NCBI GenBank assembly: GCA_947346365.1
Contig: CANAAV010000005.1
Coordinates: 29,177 to 93,176 of the forward strand
Length of the DNA stretch: 64,000 nucleotides
Reading direction: 5' to 3'
Origin: an uncultured Flavonifractor sp.
GTDB lineage: Bacteria; Bacillota; Clostridia; Oscillospirales; Oscillospiraceae
In this document: positions 18,921-27,658 of the stretch, piece by piece
Layout: the number at the start of each line of letters is the position of its first letter
Position numbering within the stretch: the first letter of the stretch is position 1
Program-made: the position numbers and the translations under genes
Notes under the pieces: model-generated
Seen by the model: the letters and a program-made list of their open reading frames with translations, nothing else
The model's database searches: none
What the model was told of the DNA's origin: nothing

Positions 18921-19279
18921 CCTGGCGTCCTCCGGAAGGCGAAGCCCTCGTCTTGGAGATAGGGCGCCATAATCCTCCGGGCCTGGCGCTGCAGAGCCGC
19001 CTGCCGGGCCGGAGCGCCTGCGCACCCTTCCATCTGAACAGACACATCTCCCGCGGTAAACCGCTCCACCCTGCTCTCCTGCCCCGCGGCCAATCCGGCC
19101 AGGGCCAGCCAGGCCCCCGCCAGGAGAAAAGCGTCTCCGCAGTCACGGGGAGATACCCCGTCCCGCAGCCTGCCACGCAGCTCCGCCTCCGCCCCGCGGC
19201 AGAGCACGCGCAGTCTCTCGTCCTCCTCCGGCACTTGACCCAGCTTTTTCGCCAATGCGAAAATCTCTTCCTCAATCAC
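18917..19279 (-). CDS. phage head-tail connector (gp6-like) protein
   Basis: 120 aa, directly after major capsid gene with ATGA overlap. Confidence 0.45.
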   Translation of the reverse strand: MIEEEIFALAKKLGQVPEEDERLRVLCRGAEAELRGRLRDGVSPRDCGDAFLLAGAWLALAGLAAGQESRVERFTAGDVSVQMEGCAGAPARQAALQRQARRIMAPYLQDEGFAFRRTPG

Positions 19280-20304
19280 AGGGACAGCACCTTGGCAGCG
19301 TCCGCAAAGAGCTTGGCAAAGCCGCTGACGCTGGTAATCGCGGCCCGCTCCAGCTGCCGGTCAATGAGCTTGTCGTATTCCACCAGCACATCGGACCCCT
19401 GCACCATCTCCAGCGCATAGCGCTTGTCCAGGCCGACCACCGTGCCGCTTTCCAGCGCGGAAGTCCGCAGCAGCGTCGCCCCCAGGGGTGTAGCCAGCTT
19501 TCCGGTGCCCTGGAAATTGAGCCCTGTCAGGGGATTCTGGAACTCGGGGAGCTTGAGCATCTGAAGCATCACATCCCCGGATACCAGCAGCGTGTTCATC
19601 TCATAGGGGTCAAACTTGGCCCAAAAGTCCACCAAGTCCTCATATTTCAGGGCCTTTTTCTGGCCGCCCGTCCCTGCGGAAGCCTGGAACACCTCTGCGG
19701 GGTTGCCGTTGCCGTCTCCGTGTAAAAGCACGTCAATGGCGTCCTCGAGATGCATCCGGTTGATGTGCGCGCCAATCTGCCGCAGCGTCACTGAAAACAG
19801 GTCCAGCTTTTGGTAGCGGATCGCCTCGTAAGAGGCCACCAGCATCCGCCCCCGCTTGTGCAGGCGCACCAGGTTTTCCTGGGTCTTGATCTTGGTCTGG
19901 GGGATGGCCGCCCCCTCTTCCACATAGCGCAGCTGCTTTTGTTCCTCGTCGGGTACGGAGGTGATCGAACGGTAGTCCGCGCCGTTAAACTTGGTCACCG
20001 TGGCGGCAATGTGGGGAAGCAGATTGGCCTCCTCCATGCCCTGCCGCACAGACCGGGCCACATATTCCGGAAAAAGCACGGCGGACTGCGTGGTGTGGAA
20101 AAACTTTTCCACCACGTCGGACCCTGCGCCCTTCACTTTGATGTCAAACCGCTTTAGCTGCCGCTGATAGGCGTCCATCCCCTCCAGGGCGGTGCCCTTA
20201 TAGGCCCCGGAGGGGTCCTCCCGTTCCAGCGTCTGCGTAAAGGAGCGCCCTGCTTCGCTGTACATTCCCTTTTCCAGCTTCAAATTATCGTAACGGTAAG
20301 CCAT
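19276..20304 (-). CDS. major capsid protein
   Basis: 342 aa; size and position after scaffold/protease-like gene. Confidence 0.65.
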   Translation of the reverse strand: MAYRYDNLKLEKGMYSEAGRSFTQTLEREDPSGAYKGTALEGMDAYQRQLKRFDIKVKGAGSDVVEKFFHTTQSAVLFPEYVARSVRQGMEEANLLPHIAATVTKFNGADYRSITSVPDEEQKQLRYVEEGAAIPQTKIKTQENLVRLHKRGRMLVASYEAIRYQKLDLFSVTLRQIGAHINRMHLEDAIDVLLHGDGNGNPAEVFQASAGTGGQKKALKYEDLVDFWAKFDPYEMNTLLVSGDVMLQMLKLPEFQNPLTGLNFQGTGKLATPLGATLLRTSALESGTVVGLDKRYALEMVQGSDVLVEYDKLIDRQLERAAITSVSGFAKLFADAAKVLSL

Positions 20305-20319
20305 GCTATCTCCTCCTCC

Positions 20320-20658
20320 TTACAGCCGGATCACAGCGCCGGCGCTGCCGGCGCTGACCACTAAAAACTCGTCCCCCGCGCTCTCGTCTTTCTTTACGCC
20401 GCCTGCGCCGTCGGCGCTCAGCTTGACCCAACCGGCGTCCACCTCACCGGAGATCCTCACCGTAGCCAGGCCGCTCAGCTGCACGCTGGCCCGCCCATCT
20501 CCGGTGTGTAGCGCCACGCCGCAAAACCGCTCTCCAGCCCCACAGGCGCCTACCGTCCCATCGCCTGTGATTTTGACCACCTGCCCGTCCAGCGCCCCGT
20601 CTCCACACTCGAACGTAGCCGCCACCTCGCCAATTCCCTCAAATGAAATCTTTTTCAT
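20320..20658 (-). CDS. small Gly-rich head protein (possible decoration protein)
   Basis: about 112 aa from ATG at comp(20656..20658) with AAGGAG RBS; Gly/Asp-rich beta-type sequence between scaffold and capsid genes. Confidence 0.4.
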   Translation of the reverse strand: MKKISFEGIGEVAATFECGDGALDGQVVKITGDGTVGACGAGERFCGVALHTGDGRASVQLSGLATVRISGEVDAGWVKLSADGAGGVKKDESAGDEFLVVSAGSAGAVIRL

Positions 20659-20761
20659 GCTCCGCTGCTCCTTTCCTATCTCAAGCTGTTCTATCTGCAA
20701 ACACGCTGCCCCCGCATGTCCTTCCTCCCGCCCCCATATTCTGGGGTACCCCCCGTTCCGC

Positions 20762-21640
20762 TCAGATCAAAAACGCGCCGTCTTTCCCGCCGCCCTCCCC
20801 CGCCGGACCGGCGTACTCCAGTTGGGTCTTCACGGGAAAGCGCTCACTCAGCCTTCGCTCATAGTTCTTTTTCAGCGCCAGCAGCTCCGTTTCCCCCAGC
20901 TTTTCGGCAATGCTCTTGCAGACGTCTCTCCCCAGCTCCGGCTCGGCCAGACCGCCCAGGCGCACAACCTCCCAGCGCAGGCCCTCCAGATATTTCCGCC
21001 CCAGGGCCGCCTCCTGCTCCAGCCGCTCCCGCTGCTGCAGGCCTTTTAATACCCCGGCCTTGGGCTGGGCCGGCACCGCTACAAAGGACCACTCATAGGC
21101 GTCGGTGGCCCCTATCAGCTCGCTCCAGCACAGCTTTCCTCCATATTCCTGCCCTTTTACGTGGGCGCAGCCGCGCGCCTCTTCTCCACAGACAGAGCAC
21201 ACAGTCCGCGCCACTGCGCAGCTGATGGAGACCTCCTTTTTGATCCCGCCCTCAATCTCTTCAATCAGCTCCCGGTTTGCCTGCGTGCGCAGCATGTAGG
21301 CGTATCCCTTCAAATAACAGTAAGGGTCTCCCGCTCTGGTCAGCAGCCCCTCTTCCCGCACCAGCTCCGTGCGGTAGAGCCGGGCGGCCTGCCCCCGGGC
21401 GCTCCACTGGTGGTCGAACATGCCGCTCTTCCCCACAAACAGCCGGGACAGCTCCTCCAGCGTCTCCACCGGAAAGCGCTCATAGTCCCGGTCCACCTCG
21501 TTGTCGCACAGCCTTACGCAGAAGGTGTATACCTCTTCCGCCTGTAGTGTCCTTCGGCTCAGGGCGTTGATTTGGCTCAGCACCTGCGCATCCACCGCCG
21601 TGCCCATGCCCCCGGCGGCCGCTTCCTTGACAATTTTCAT
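20762..21640 (-). CDS. XkdF-like prohead protease/scaffold protein
   Basis: about 293 aa from ATG at comp(21638..21640), AAGGAGGGG RBS; N-terminal enzymatic-like half with C..C..C....C cluster and coiled-coil C-terminal half. Confidence 0.5.
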   Translation of the reverse strand: MKIVKEAAAGGMGTAVDAQVLSQINALSRRTLQAEEVYTFCVRLCDNEVDRDYERFPVETLEELSRLFVGKSGMFDHQWSARGQAARLYRTELVREEGLLTRAGDPYCYLKGYAYMLRTQANRELIEEIEGGIKKEVSISCAVARTVCSVCGEEARGCAHVKGQEYGGKLCWSELIGATDAYEWSFVAVPAQPKAGVLKGLQQRERLEQEAALGRKYLEGLRWEVVRLGGLAEPELGRDVCKSIAEKLGETELLALKKNYERRLSERFPVKTQLEYAGPAGEGGGKDGAFLI

Positions 21641-21657
21641 GCTGCTCGCTCCCCTCC

Positions 21658-22818
21658 TTATTCTGCTCCCGCTTTTTGATTGTTCTCTCGCAGTGCTTTT
21701 GCCTGCTCCCGGTAGAGTTCCGCTCTGGCCTCCTCCACCAGGTCCTGCAAGTTCATGTCCTCCCACTCCACCTCCACCTGTCCGCTGTATCCATGCAGCC
21801 GCAGCCACAGCTCGCAGATGCGCTCCACCACGGGGGTCAGCCCCCGCCGTATGGCGGTAATCTCGCTGGTCATCATGTCGGCCTGCTGTGCGCTCATGCG
21901 TTCGGTAGAGGACCAGGACAGTCCCAGCAGGAAGGGTGGGATTCCTGTGCGGGCAACCAGCTGCTCCAAAATCTGCCGCACCGGCGTCTGGCTGTCCAGC
22001 ACCTGATTGTCCGCCCCGATAACTTTAATGTCCACGTCGCCTACGGCGACGAAATCCCGCACGCTGCCATCCTTTCCCGCCTGCATGGCGGCGGACCACT
22101 CCTGGGCAATCTGGCGGCTGCGCTCCTGGGCCCAAACGCCGTCCAGCTCGTCTCCGCCGGGCTTGTAGACCACGGCAAAGCGCACGTTCCCCATCCGTTC
22201 CCAGTTCATGCCTACCGCCTGATAAATTTTCAGCAGGATCTCGGTCAAAAACGGCATGGACCGCAGCAGGCTTACCCCATAGGGGTTGTCTGCCTCCGGC
22301 TGGAAGGGCGTAAACAACAGCAGCTCCTGCCAGGGCAGCTCTTTCAGGGCCGCGCCCTGCCTGGTGCACAGCGTAAACTGTAAGGGCGAATCTCCCTCTT
22401 TGATCTCCACATCCGCCGGATTGCCGCACAGTACGGCGGCGATCTCCTTTTTGGACCAGTCCAGCACAATCTCACCCACGCCGCGCCCACAGGTGAGCAT
22501 GGAGTCCAAATACTGGTCCAAAAAGGACTGGAGCCCCCGCTGTCCCCGTCCGGTGTTCACCTGGCGCAGGAAGCGGTCAAGTTCTTTCTGACCTCCCCCG
22601 TCCGCACAGCGGACCTGCACGCCGCCCGCCAGCCGGATCAGCTTCCAAATTGCCGCGTCCACCACCGGCACCGCCTCCCGGATGCTCCGATACAGCTGAA
22701 TCTCGCCGTTTTTCAGCGGCACATATCCGTCCAGTAGCCCAAAGGGATGCCGCTGTCCGCTCCGAATCTGCACGGCGCTCCCCGCCGCCGGGGCCTTCCT
22801 TTTGTTCCAAAATCCCAC
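21658..22818 (-). CDS. phage portal protein
   Basis: 386 aa; follows terminase large subunit; SPP1/PBSX-type portal features. Confidence 0.75.
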   Translation of the reverse strand: MGFWNKRKAPAAGSAVQIRSGQRHPFGLLDGYVPLKNGEIQLYRSIREAVPVVDAAIWKLIRLAGGVQVRCADGGGQKELDRFLRQVNTGRGQRGLQSFLDQYLDSMLTCGRGVGEIVLDWSKKEIAAVLCGNPADVEIKEGDSPLQFTLCTRQGAALKELPWQELLLFTPFQPEADNPYGVSLLRSMPFLTEILLKIYQAVGMNWERMGNVRFAVVYKPGGDELDGVWAQERSRQIAQEWSAAMQAGKDGSVRDFVAVGDVDIKVIGADNQVLDSQTPVRQILEQLVARTGIPPFLLGLSWSSTERMSAQQADMMTSEITAIRRGLTPVVERICELWLRLHGYSGQVEVEWEDMNLQDLVEEARAELYREQAKALRENNQKAGAE

Positions 22819-22833
22819 GTCTCTCCCTCCTAT

Positions 22834-24090
22834 TTAAAAGCGCCGCCGTTCGGCCGTCGCCGCCGCCAGGGCTCCTCCCTGCCGCCCTGCCGCCACCGTG
22901 GCGGCAAAATAGCGGATGTCGTCCATCGCGTGATCGTGCGCCTTTTTCACCCGGTCCCCCACGGCCCGCTCGTCCCAGCAGTACTGGGAAAATTCCCGGA
23001 TTGCGTCCGTACATCCCTGGCAGATCACCAGCCTGCCCTGCCGCAGCAGCTCTGCGGTCGTCCGTATGCCGGAGATCACGTCGTTTTCTGCCCGCGCCAC
23101 CCGCCAGCCTCTGCGGCGCAGCGTCTCAATAAAGCTGGCGGCCGAGGGGTCCACCACTGCCAGCTCTATCCTCCGCCCCCCTGCCAGCCGCTCCAAATCC
23201 TGCGCGTATTCTCCGTCTGTCTTTTGCCGCCCGTGGATTTTGGAGTCATAATAGTACTCCTTGACCCGGTACCACACCCCGTCCCGCTTCCCCCACAGCC
23301 CAAAGGAGGCGGGATTCACCGTGCCGTAGTCGCAGGAGACGCACCACCGCTCCAACTCCCCCTCTGGCGGCGGGCGCACATAGCGCTCGTCGAAAAAGTC
23401 GTACACTCTCCCCTCGGCGGCTGTCCATTCCCCCAGCACAAACCGCCGGAAGAAAGCCCCGCTGAAATTTCTCGCGTAGCGCTGAATCACCTCCGGCGGC
23501 AGCGCAGGATTGTCCTGCATGAAAAAGTGCAGGTACAGCGCCCCCCGTTCCTCGCTTTTCTGAATCCATTCCCGGTAAAACCAGTGCTCCGGCCCTTCCG
23601 GGTTGCAGGAAAACCACAACTTGCTCCCCTTTACCGAACACCGGGCGCAGGTCTGCTCCACAAAGGACCTGGGCATCAGCGCCACCTCGTCCAGCAGCGC
23701 CCCCGCCAGCGTAATCCCCTGAATCAGCGCGGCGCTCCCCTCATCCTTTCCTCCAAAAAGATAAAACGTGTTTTCCCGTCCTCCAAAGCGCACATCCAGC
23801 GTATTTTGGGCCGTCCGCTCCCTGCACGTAAATCCCAGCTCCCGCAGCGCCGGCAGCAGTCCGTACAGCAGATTGCGCCGCAGCGCCCCTATGGTCTTTC
23901 CGCACAGGGCAAAGCGCTGCGCGTGAAACCTGCGCATAGCCCAGCAGAAAAAGGAAAGACCGAGGCACAGGGTCTTCCCGCTGCGCACCGCCCCGTCACA
24001 GATTACGGCCTCCCGTCCAGAGGTCTCCGCCCCATCGCACCACCAGGTCAGCGCCAGCCGCTGTTTTTCTGAAAAGGCCTCAAACTCCAT
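22834..24090 (-). CDS. phage terminase large subunit (PBSX XtmB family)
   Basis: 418 aa; Walker A GAVRSGKT; terminase_6-type ATPase and nuclease halves. Confidence 0.85.
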   Translation of the reverse strand: MEFEAFSEKQRLALTWWCDGAETSGREAVICDGAVRSGKTLCLGLSFFCWAMRRFHAQRFALCGKTIGALRRNLLYGLLPALRELGFTCRERTAQNTLDVRFGGRENTFYLFGGKDEGSAALIQGITLAGALLDEVALMPRSFVEQTCARCSVKGSKLWFSCNPEGPEHWFYREWIQKSEERGALYLHFFMQDNPALPPEVIQRYARNFSGAFFRRFVLGEWTAAEGRVYDFFDERYVRPPPEGELERWCVSCDYGTVNPASFGLWGKRDGVWYRVKEYYYDSKIHGRQKTDGEYAQDLERLAGGRRIELAVVDPSAASFIETLRRRGWRVARAENDVISGIRTTAELLRQGRLVICQGCTDAIREFSQYCWDERAVGDRVKKAHDHAMDDIRYFAATVAAGRQGGALAAATAERRRF

Positions 24091-24433
24091 CCGTCCGCCC
24101 GTCTCCTGCCTTTCCCTCCAGAGCCCGGAAGAACTGCTCGGCCCGCTCGGCCTCCCCCTCTCCGCTCAGCGCAGCCAGCTTTTCCAGCGCCGCGATCCGG
24201 TCAACCAGCTTGATCTCCACCCCCCCGCTGGCGTTGCGCCTGAACTCCGCCAGCGCCCCCAGCTCCAGAGCGTCGATTCCCTTCATCTGCTCCGTATCCA
24301 GTCCGCCGTCCAAAAACGCCAGCTTTACCGCGTCGTTGACCCGGCAGTCTGCAATCCGCCGAATTCTGCACAGGGCCTGCCTGCGTCCATTTCTGCCCTT
24401 GGAATCCCCGTTCATCCTGTTCTCCCCCCTCAT
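24080..24433 (-). CDS. phage terminase small subunit (Terminase_2 / XtmA-like)
   Basis: 117 aa; KLVDRIAALEKL motif characteristic of the Terminase_2 family; overlaps start of large subunit. Confidence 0.6.
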   Translation of the reverse strand: MRGENRMNGDSKGRNGRRQALCRIRRIADCRVNDAVKLAFLDGGLDTEQMKGIDALELGALAEFRRNASGGVEIKLVDRIAALEKLAALSGEGEAERAEQFFRALEGKAGDGRTDGV

Positions 24434-24504
24434 TGTCTACACGGCTGCACTGGAAATGTTTCCTGCTCCCGTACATCCTCCCGGCGTTTTGGCGTCAAAA
24501 AAAT

Positions 24505-24541
24505 TCAAAAAGCTGGCGCGGGCCCGGAATCTTTTCATTCC
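24505..24541 (-). terminator. strong stem-loop (15-bp stem) with minus-strand T-rich tail, directly upstream of the phage-like element
   Basis: GGCGCGGGCCCGGAAT-CTTTTC-ATTCCGGGCCCGCGC; on the minus strand followed by AGCTTTTTGAATTTTTTTG. Confidence 0.5.
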
Positions 24542-24668
24542 GGGCCCGCGCTAGCTTACGAAAAACCTCACTGAGCTCGCGCCCTCCGGCGCAAATCAAC
24601 GCAGCATCTGTTTATGAAATTGTTGTCAGTCCGCACCGTGCATACTTTTCTCTCTGCGGCCTATGCTA

Positions 24669-24806
24669 GGCCTTGTTTGAAGAATGGGAATATGCCCAAG
24701 GGCGAGGGATTTTTTCGGCTGGCAAGGGGTTTTGACGCAGGAATCCTGACGGATTTCAAGGAAAAACCCTGCCATTTGGACGTGTTAATAATTTTCAAAC
24801 AAGGCC
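24669..24806. repeat. MITE-like dispersed repeat, full copy A (TIR GGCCTTGTTTGAA / TTCAAACAAGGCC)
   Basis: about 138 bp; near-identical to 50890-51050; 13-16 bp terminal inverted repeats. Confidence 0.8.
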
Positions 24807-24875
24807 TAAACGGCACACAGCTCCGGCGCTCTGTCCACGGCCGGATATCAATACGCAGAAAGCGGTGTAATTTTC

Positions 24876-25421
24876 ATGGCGGTTTGGTTTTGGCAGTTTC
24901 TCTTTTATAGTTTCCTGGGCTTTGTGTTTGAGGTGTTCTTCGCCCGCGCCGTCCACAATCCAAAGCGGGACCGCAAATGCCGCTATTTTCTCCCCCTGTG
25001 CCCGGTATACGGTCTGGGGGCGGTGGCGGTGCTGCTGCTGCCGGAGCATCTTCGGTCCCATCCGGTCGTGTTCTTCCTGTGCGCAGCGGCCCTGTGCACC
25101 GTCGTGGAATACGCCACCGCGCTCTTTTATGAAAAGGCCTTGGGGGTATCCTTTTGGGACTATACCCAGCTCCCGCTCAATTTCGGCGGCCGGGTCTGCC
25201 TTCCCTTCTCTCTGCTCTGGGGACTTCTCTCTCTGCTCCTGCTGTGGATCACCCAGCCCTATGCCGCCGGCCTGGCCGGTGCGCTTCCCCCATGGCTGCT
25301 TCCGCCGGCGGTTTTGTTCTTTTTTGCGGACAGCGCCTGGAGCTTCTTCCTCCTGCGCAGAACGCAGGACACCGCTTCACTGCGCTGGTACGCCCGCCTG
25401 GGCGCCCGCCGTACGGCTTAA
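24876..25421 (+). CDS. integral membrane protein (4-5 TM)
   Basis: 181 aa hydrophobic ORF with clean ATG start. Confidence 0.5.
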   Translation: MAVWFWQFLFYSFLGFVFEVFFARAVHNPKRDRKCRYFLPLCPVYGLGAVAVLLLPEHLRSHPVVFFLCAAALCTVVEYATALFYEKALGVSFWDYTQLPLNFGGRVCLPFSLLWGLLSLLLLWITQPYAAGLAGALPPWLLPPAVLFFFADSAWSFFLLRRTQDTASLRWYARLGARRTA

Positions 25422-27658
25422 AGCCGCTTTTCTATCGACCCGCACCGGACATTTTCCCACCCCCGGCACAGCTCCGCCTCCCGGCCGTGACAGGTAAAAA
25501 GGATTACCTGCCGCTCCTGGGCCAGCTGTGCCAGGCACCTCAGCGCCAGCGCGCAACGCTCATCGTCAAAATTGGCCAGCGCGTCGTCCAGTACCAGCGG
25601 CGCCGGCTCCTCCTCCGGCAGGGCCAGCCGGCATACCGCCAGGCGTACCGCCAGGTAGAGCTGCTCCGCCGTCCCTTGGGAGAGCGCCAGTCCCCGCCTG
25701 GGGGTAAATTCCCCGGCCTGCTGGGCCAGCGCCTCAAACTGCCGGGTGAGGACCACCTGGTCGTATTTGCCCCCTGTCAGCAAGGCAAGGTACTCCCCCG
25801 CCTGCCGGTTCAGGGCCGGGGAAAATCGGGTCTGCAAGGCGCAGCGGGCCTTTTCCAGCCCCTCCAGCGCCACGCCCAGCGCCTCATGCTCTGCTCTGCG
25901 GCGGAGCAGCTCCTCCTGGAGCCGCTCGCCGCGCAGATGCAGCTCATCCGGGTCTCCCAGGCTGTTCAGCTCTCCCTGGGCGGTAGCCAAAGCGGTATGC
26001 AGCCGTTCCAGCTCCCCCTCTGCGGCGGACAGCCGGGCGGCGGTCTCTTTGGGATCAAACCGGGGGGGCGGCCCATCCTTTCCGCTGTCCGGACCTTCCA
26101 CGGGCTGGGGCAGGCCCTCTACCAGCTGGCGGGCGCTGGAAAGCCGCACCTGGGCGGCGGCGCGGCCCTCCAGCAGCTTCGCCGCCCGGTTGACTGCGGC
26201 GGTAATGCTGAATACGTCCGCCGCCTGGGGGGCAAATGCGCGTACATGCTCCAGCAAGAGCCGGCGCTGTTCCGCCTCCTGGGCGGCAATCTGCTCTAAG
26301 GCGGCCTGCGCCTGCGCGCACCGCTGCTGCGCCTGAAGAACCCGCATCCTGGCCCCGCAGTAGGCGTTGGCCCGCTCTAAAATTCCGTCCGGCGTACGCG
26401 CCTCATAGCGCTCCAGCAGGGCGTCCCGGCGCTCTCGGGCCGCCTTTTGCCGCCGCATGCTCCAAAGAAAGGCCAAGCCCGCCCCCAGCGCGCATGCCGC
26501 TCCCCCTGCGCGGCACAGCCAGGCCCAGCCGTTCGGCCCCGCCGCCAGGGGCAGCGCGAGCATAACCAGTCCCGCAGCCAGCAGGCCCAGCGCCCAGTAG
26601 GCGGGCCGCCGGACCTGCCGGGCCTCCTGCGCGTCCCGCCGGGCCTGCTCCAGGGCCTGCTCTTCCGGCAGGGAATCAAATACGGAATCGGCGGCGGCAG
26701 TCCTGGCTTCTTCCAGTTCTTGGGCGCTCTCATTCGCCCGGTGCTGCGCCTGCCTGCGTCCGGCGGCGAGGGCGTTAAGCCCACTGAGCTCTTCCTGAAC
26801 CTGATTCAGCAGCTCCTTCTCCGGAGGCGGACCGTAGCGGCACAGCTCCGCTTCAATTGCGTCCGCCTGGACCTGGGCCTGCTCCAGAGCGGTGCGGGCC
26901 TGCTCATACCTCCGGCGGCGCTCCGCTTGGGCCCGGCTCAGATAGGCGTCCCGCTCCTCCTCCAGCCGCGCGTATTCCGCCTCCAGCCGGTCCGTCTCCC
27001 GCCGGATCTCCTCCGCCAGCCGGTGGACCTTAGCCTGGCGCTCCAGCACGCCGTTGATCTGCTCCAGCTCCCCCTCCAGCTGGGGAATATACCCCGTGCG
27101 GTTGTGCTGCCGGCGGTTGCGCCAATCCCGCAGCCGGCGCTCCACCTGGGAGAAAGATACCTCCTCCTCCCCGCTGGACGCCAGCGCGGACACCCTCGCC
27201 TCCAGTGCCGGGGAGCTGTCGATGGCGGCGCGCCCCTGCCCCACAAAGGCGGAGCGTTCAAAGACATCCCTGGGCGCCCCTGTCAGAGCTTCCCCGCAAT
27301 TTTCTCCTGTCAGGCCGGGCGCCGCCTCCCCCGTTCCGGTGAAAACAGCCTCAAATTTGCCAAAGGGGACGTTTCCCCTGGGTCCCCGGCGCAGGGTGAT
27401 CTCCCTGCCCCGCCAAACCAGCTCCACTGTTCCTTCCATAGGCGCGCCGCTCCAGGGCTGGTAGCGGTTTTTTTCGGCAATGAACCCCTGCTTATCCCGC
27501 TCCTTGGTATTGATGCCGTAGAGCATCGCCCGCAGGAACGCCGACCAGGTGGATTTGCCCGCTTCGTTGGGGGCCTGGATGATGTTCAGGCCCCCCCCCA
27601 GCTCCAGCGTCTCGTGTTCCAGGCCGCCGAAGCTGGCCTGCATCCGGCGTATCTTCAT
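25418..27658 (-). CDS. SbcC/YhaN-like AAA ATPase with coiled coil (DNA repair)
   Basis: about 746 aa from ATG at comp(27656..27658) overlapping sbcD-like stop; Walker A NEAGKST; long Ala/Glu/Arg coiled coil; C-terminal signature/D-loop (LVLDDALANFDDER). Confidence 0.8.
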   Translation of the reverse strand: MKIRRMQASFGGLEHETLELGGGLNIIQAPNEAGKSTWSAFLRAMLYGINTKERDKQGFIAEKNRYQPWSGAPMEGTVELVWRGREITLRRGPRGNVPFGKFEAVFTGTGEAAPGLTGENCGEALTGAPRDVFERSAFVGQGRAAIDSSPALEARVSALASSGEEEVSFSQVERRLRDWRNRRQHNRTGYIPQLEGELEQINGVLERQAKVHRLAEEIRRETDRLEAEYARLEEERDAYLSRAQAERRRRYEQARTALEQAQVQADAIEAELCRYGPPPEKELLNQVQEELSGLNALAAGRRQAQHRANESAQELEEARTAAADSVFDSLPEEQALEQARRDAQEARQVRRPAYWALGLLAAGLVMLALPLAAGPNGWAWLCRAGGAACALGAGLAFLWSMRRQKAARERRDALLERYEARTPDGILERANAYCGARMRVLQAQQRCAQAQAALEQIAAQEAEQRRLLLEHVRAFAPQAADVFSITAAVNRAAKLLEGRAAAQVRLSSARQLVEGLPQPVEGPDSGKDGPPPRFDPKETAARLSAAEGELERLHTALATAQGELNSLGDPDELHLRGERLQEELLRRRAEHEALGVALEGLEKARCALQTRFSPALNRQAGEYLALLTGGKYDQVVLTRQFEALAQQAGEFTPRRGLALSQGTAEQLYLAVRLAVCRLALPEEEPAPLVLDDALANFDDERCALALRCLAQLAQERQVILFTCHGREAELCRGWENVRCGSIEKRL

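Larger units (their letters stand above)
11369..24433 (-). mobile_element. PBSX-like phage-like element (structural and packaging genes only)
   Basis: 20 co-directional, translationally coupled genes in PBSX order (xtmA/xtmB-portal-xkdF-capsid-...-sheath-tube-chaperone-TMP-xkdP/Q/R/S/T/U); no integrase, repressor, replication, tail fibre or lysis genes in window; GC not visibly different from flanks. Confidence 0.8.

Noticed and set aside
24440-24870. Possible CRISPR array or att site given repeated sequence near the phage-like element
   Set aside because: The repeats are single, 140-160 bp, inverted-repeat-bounded and dispersed across the window, not short direct repeats with spacers. No tRNA or integrase is present to define an att site.
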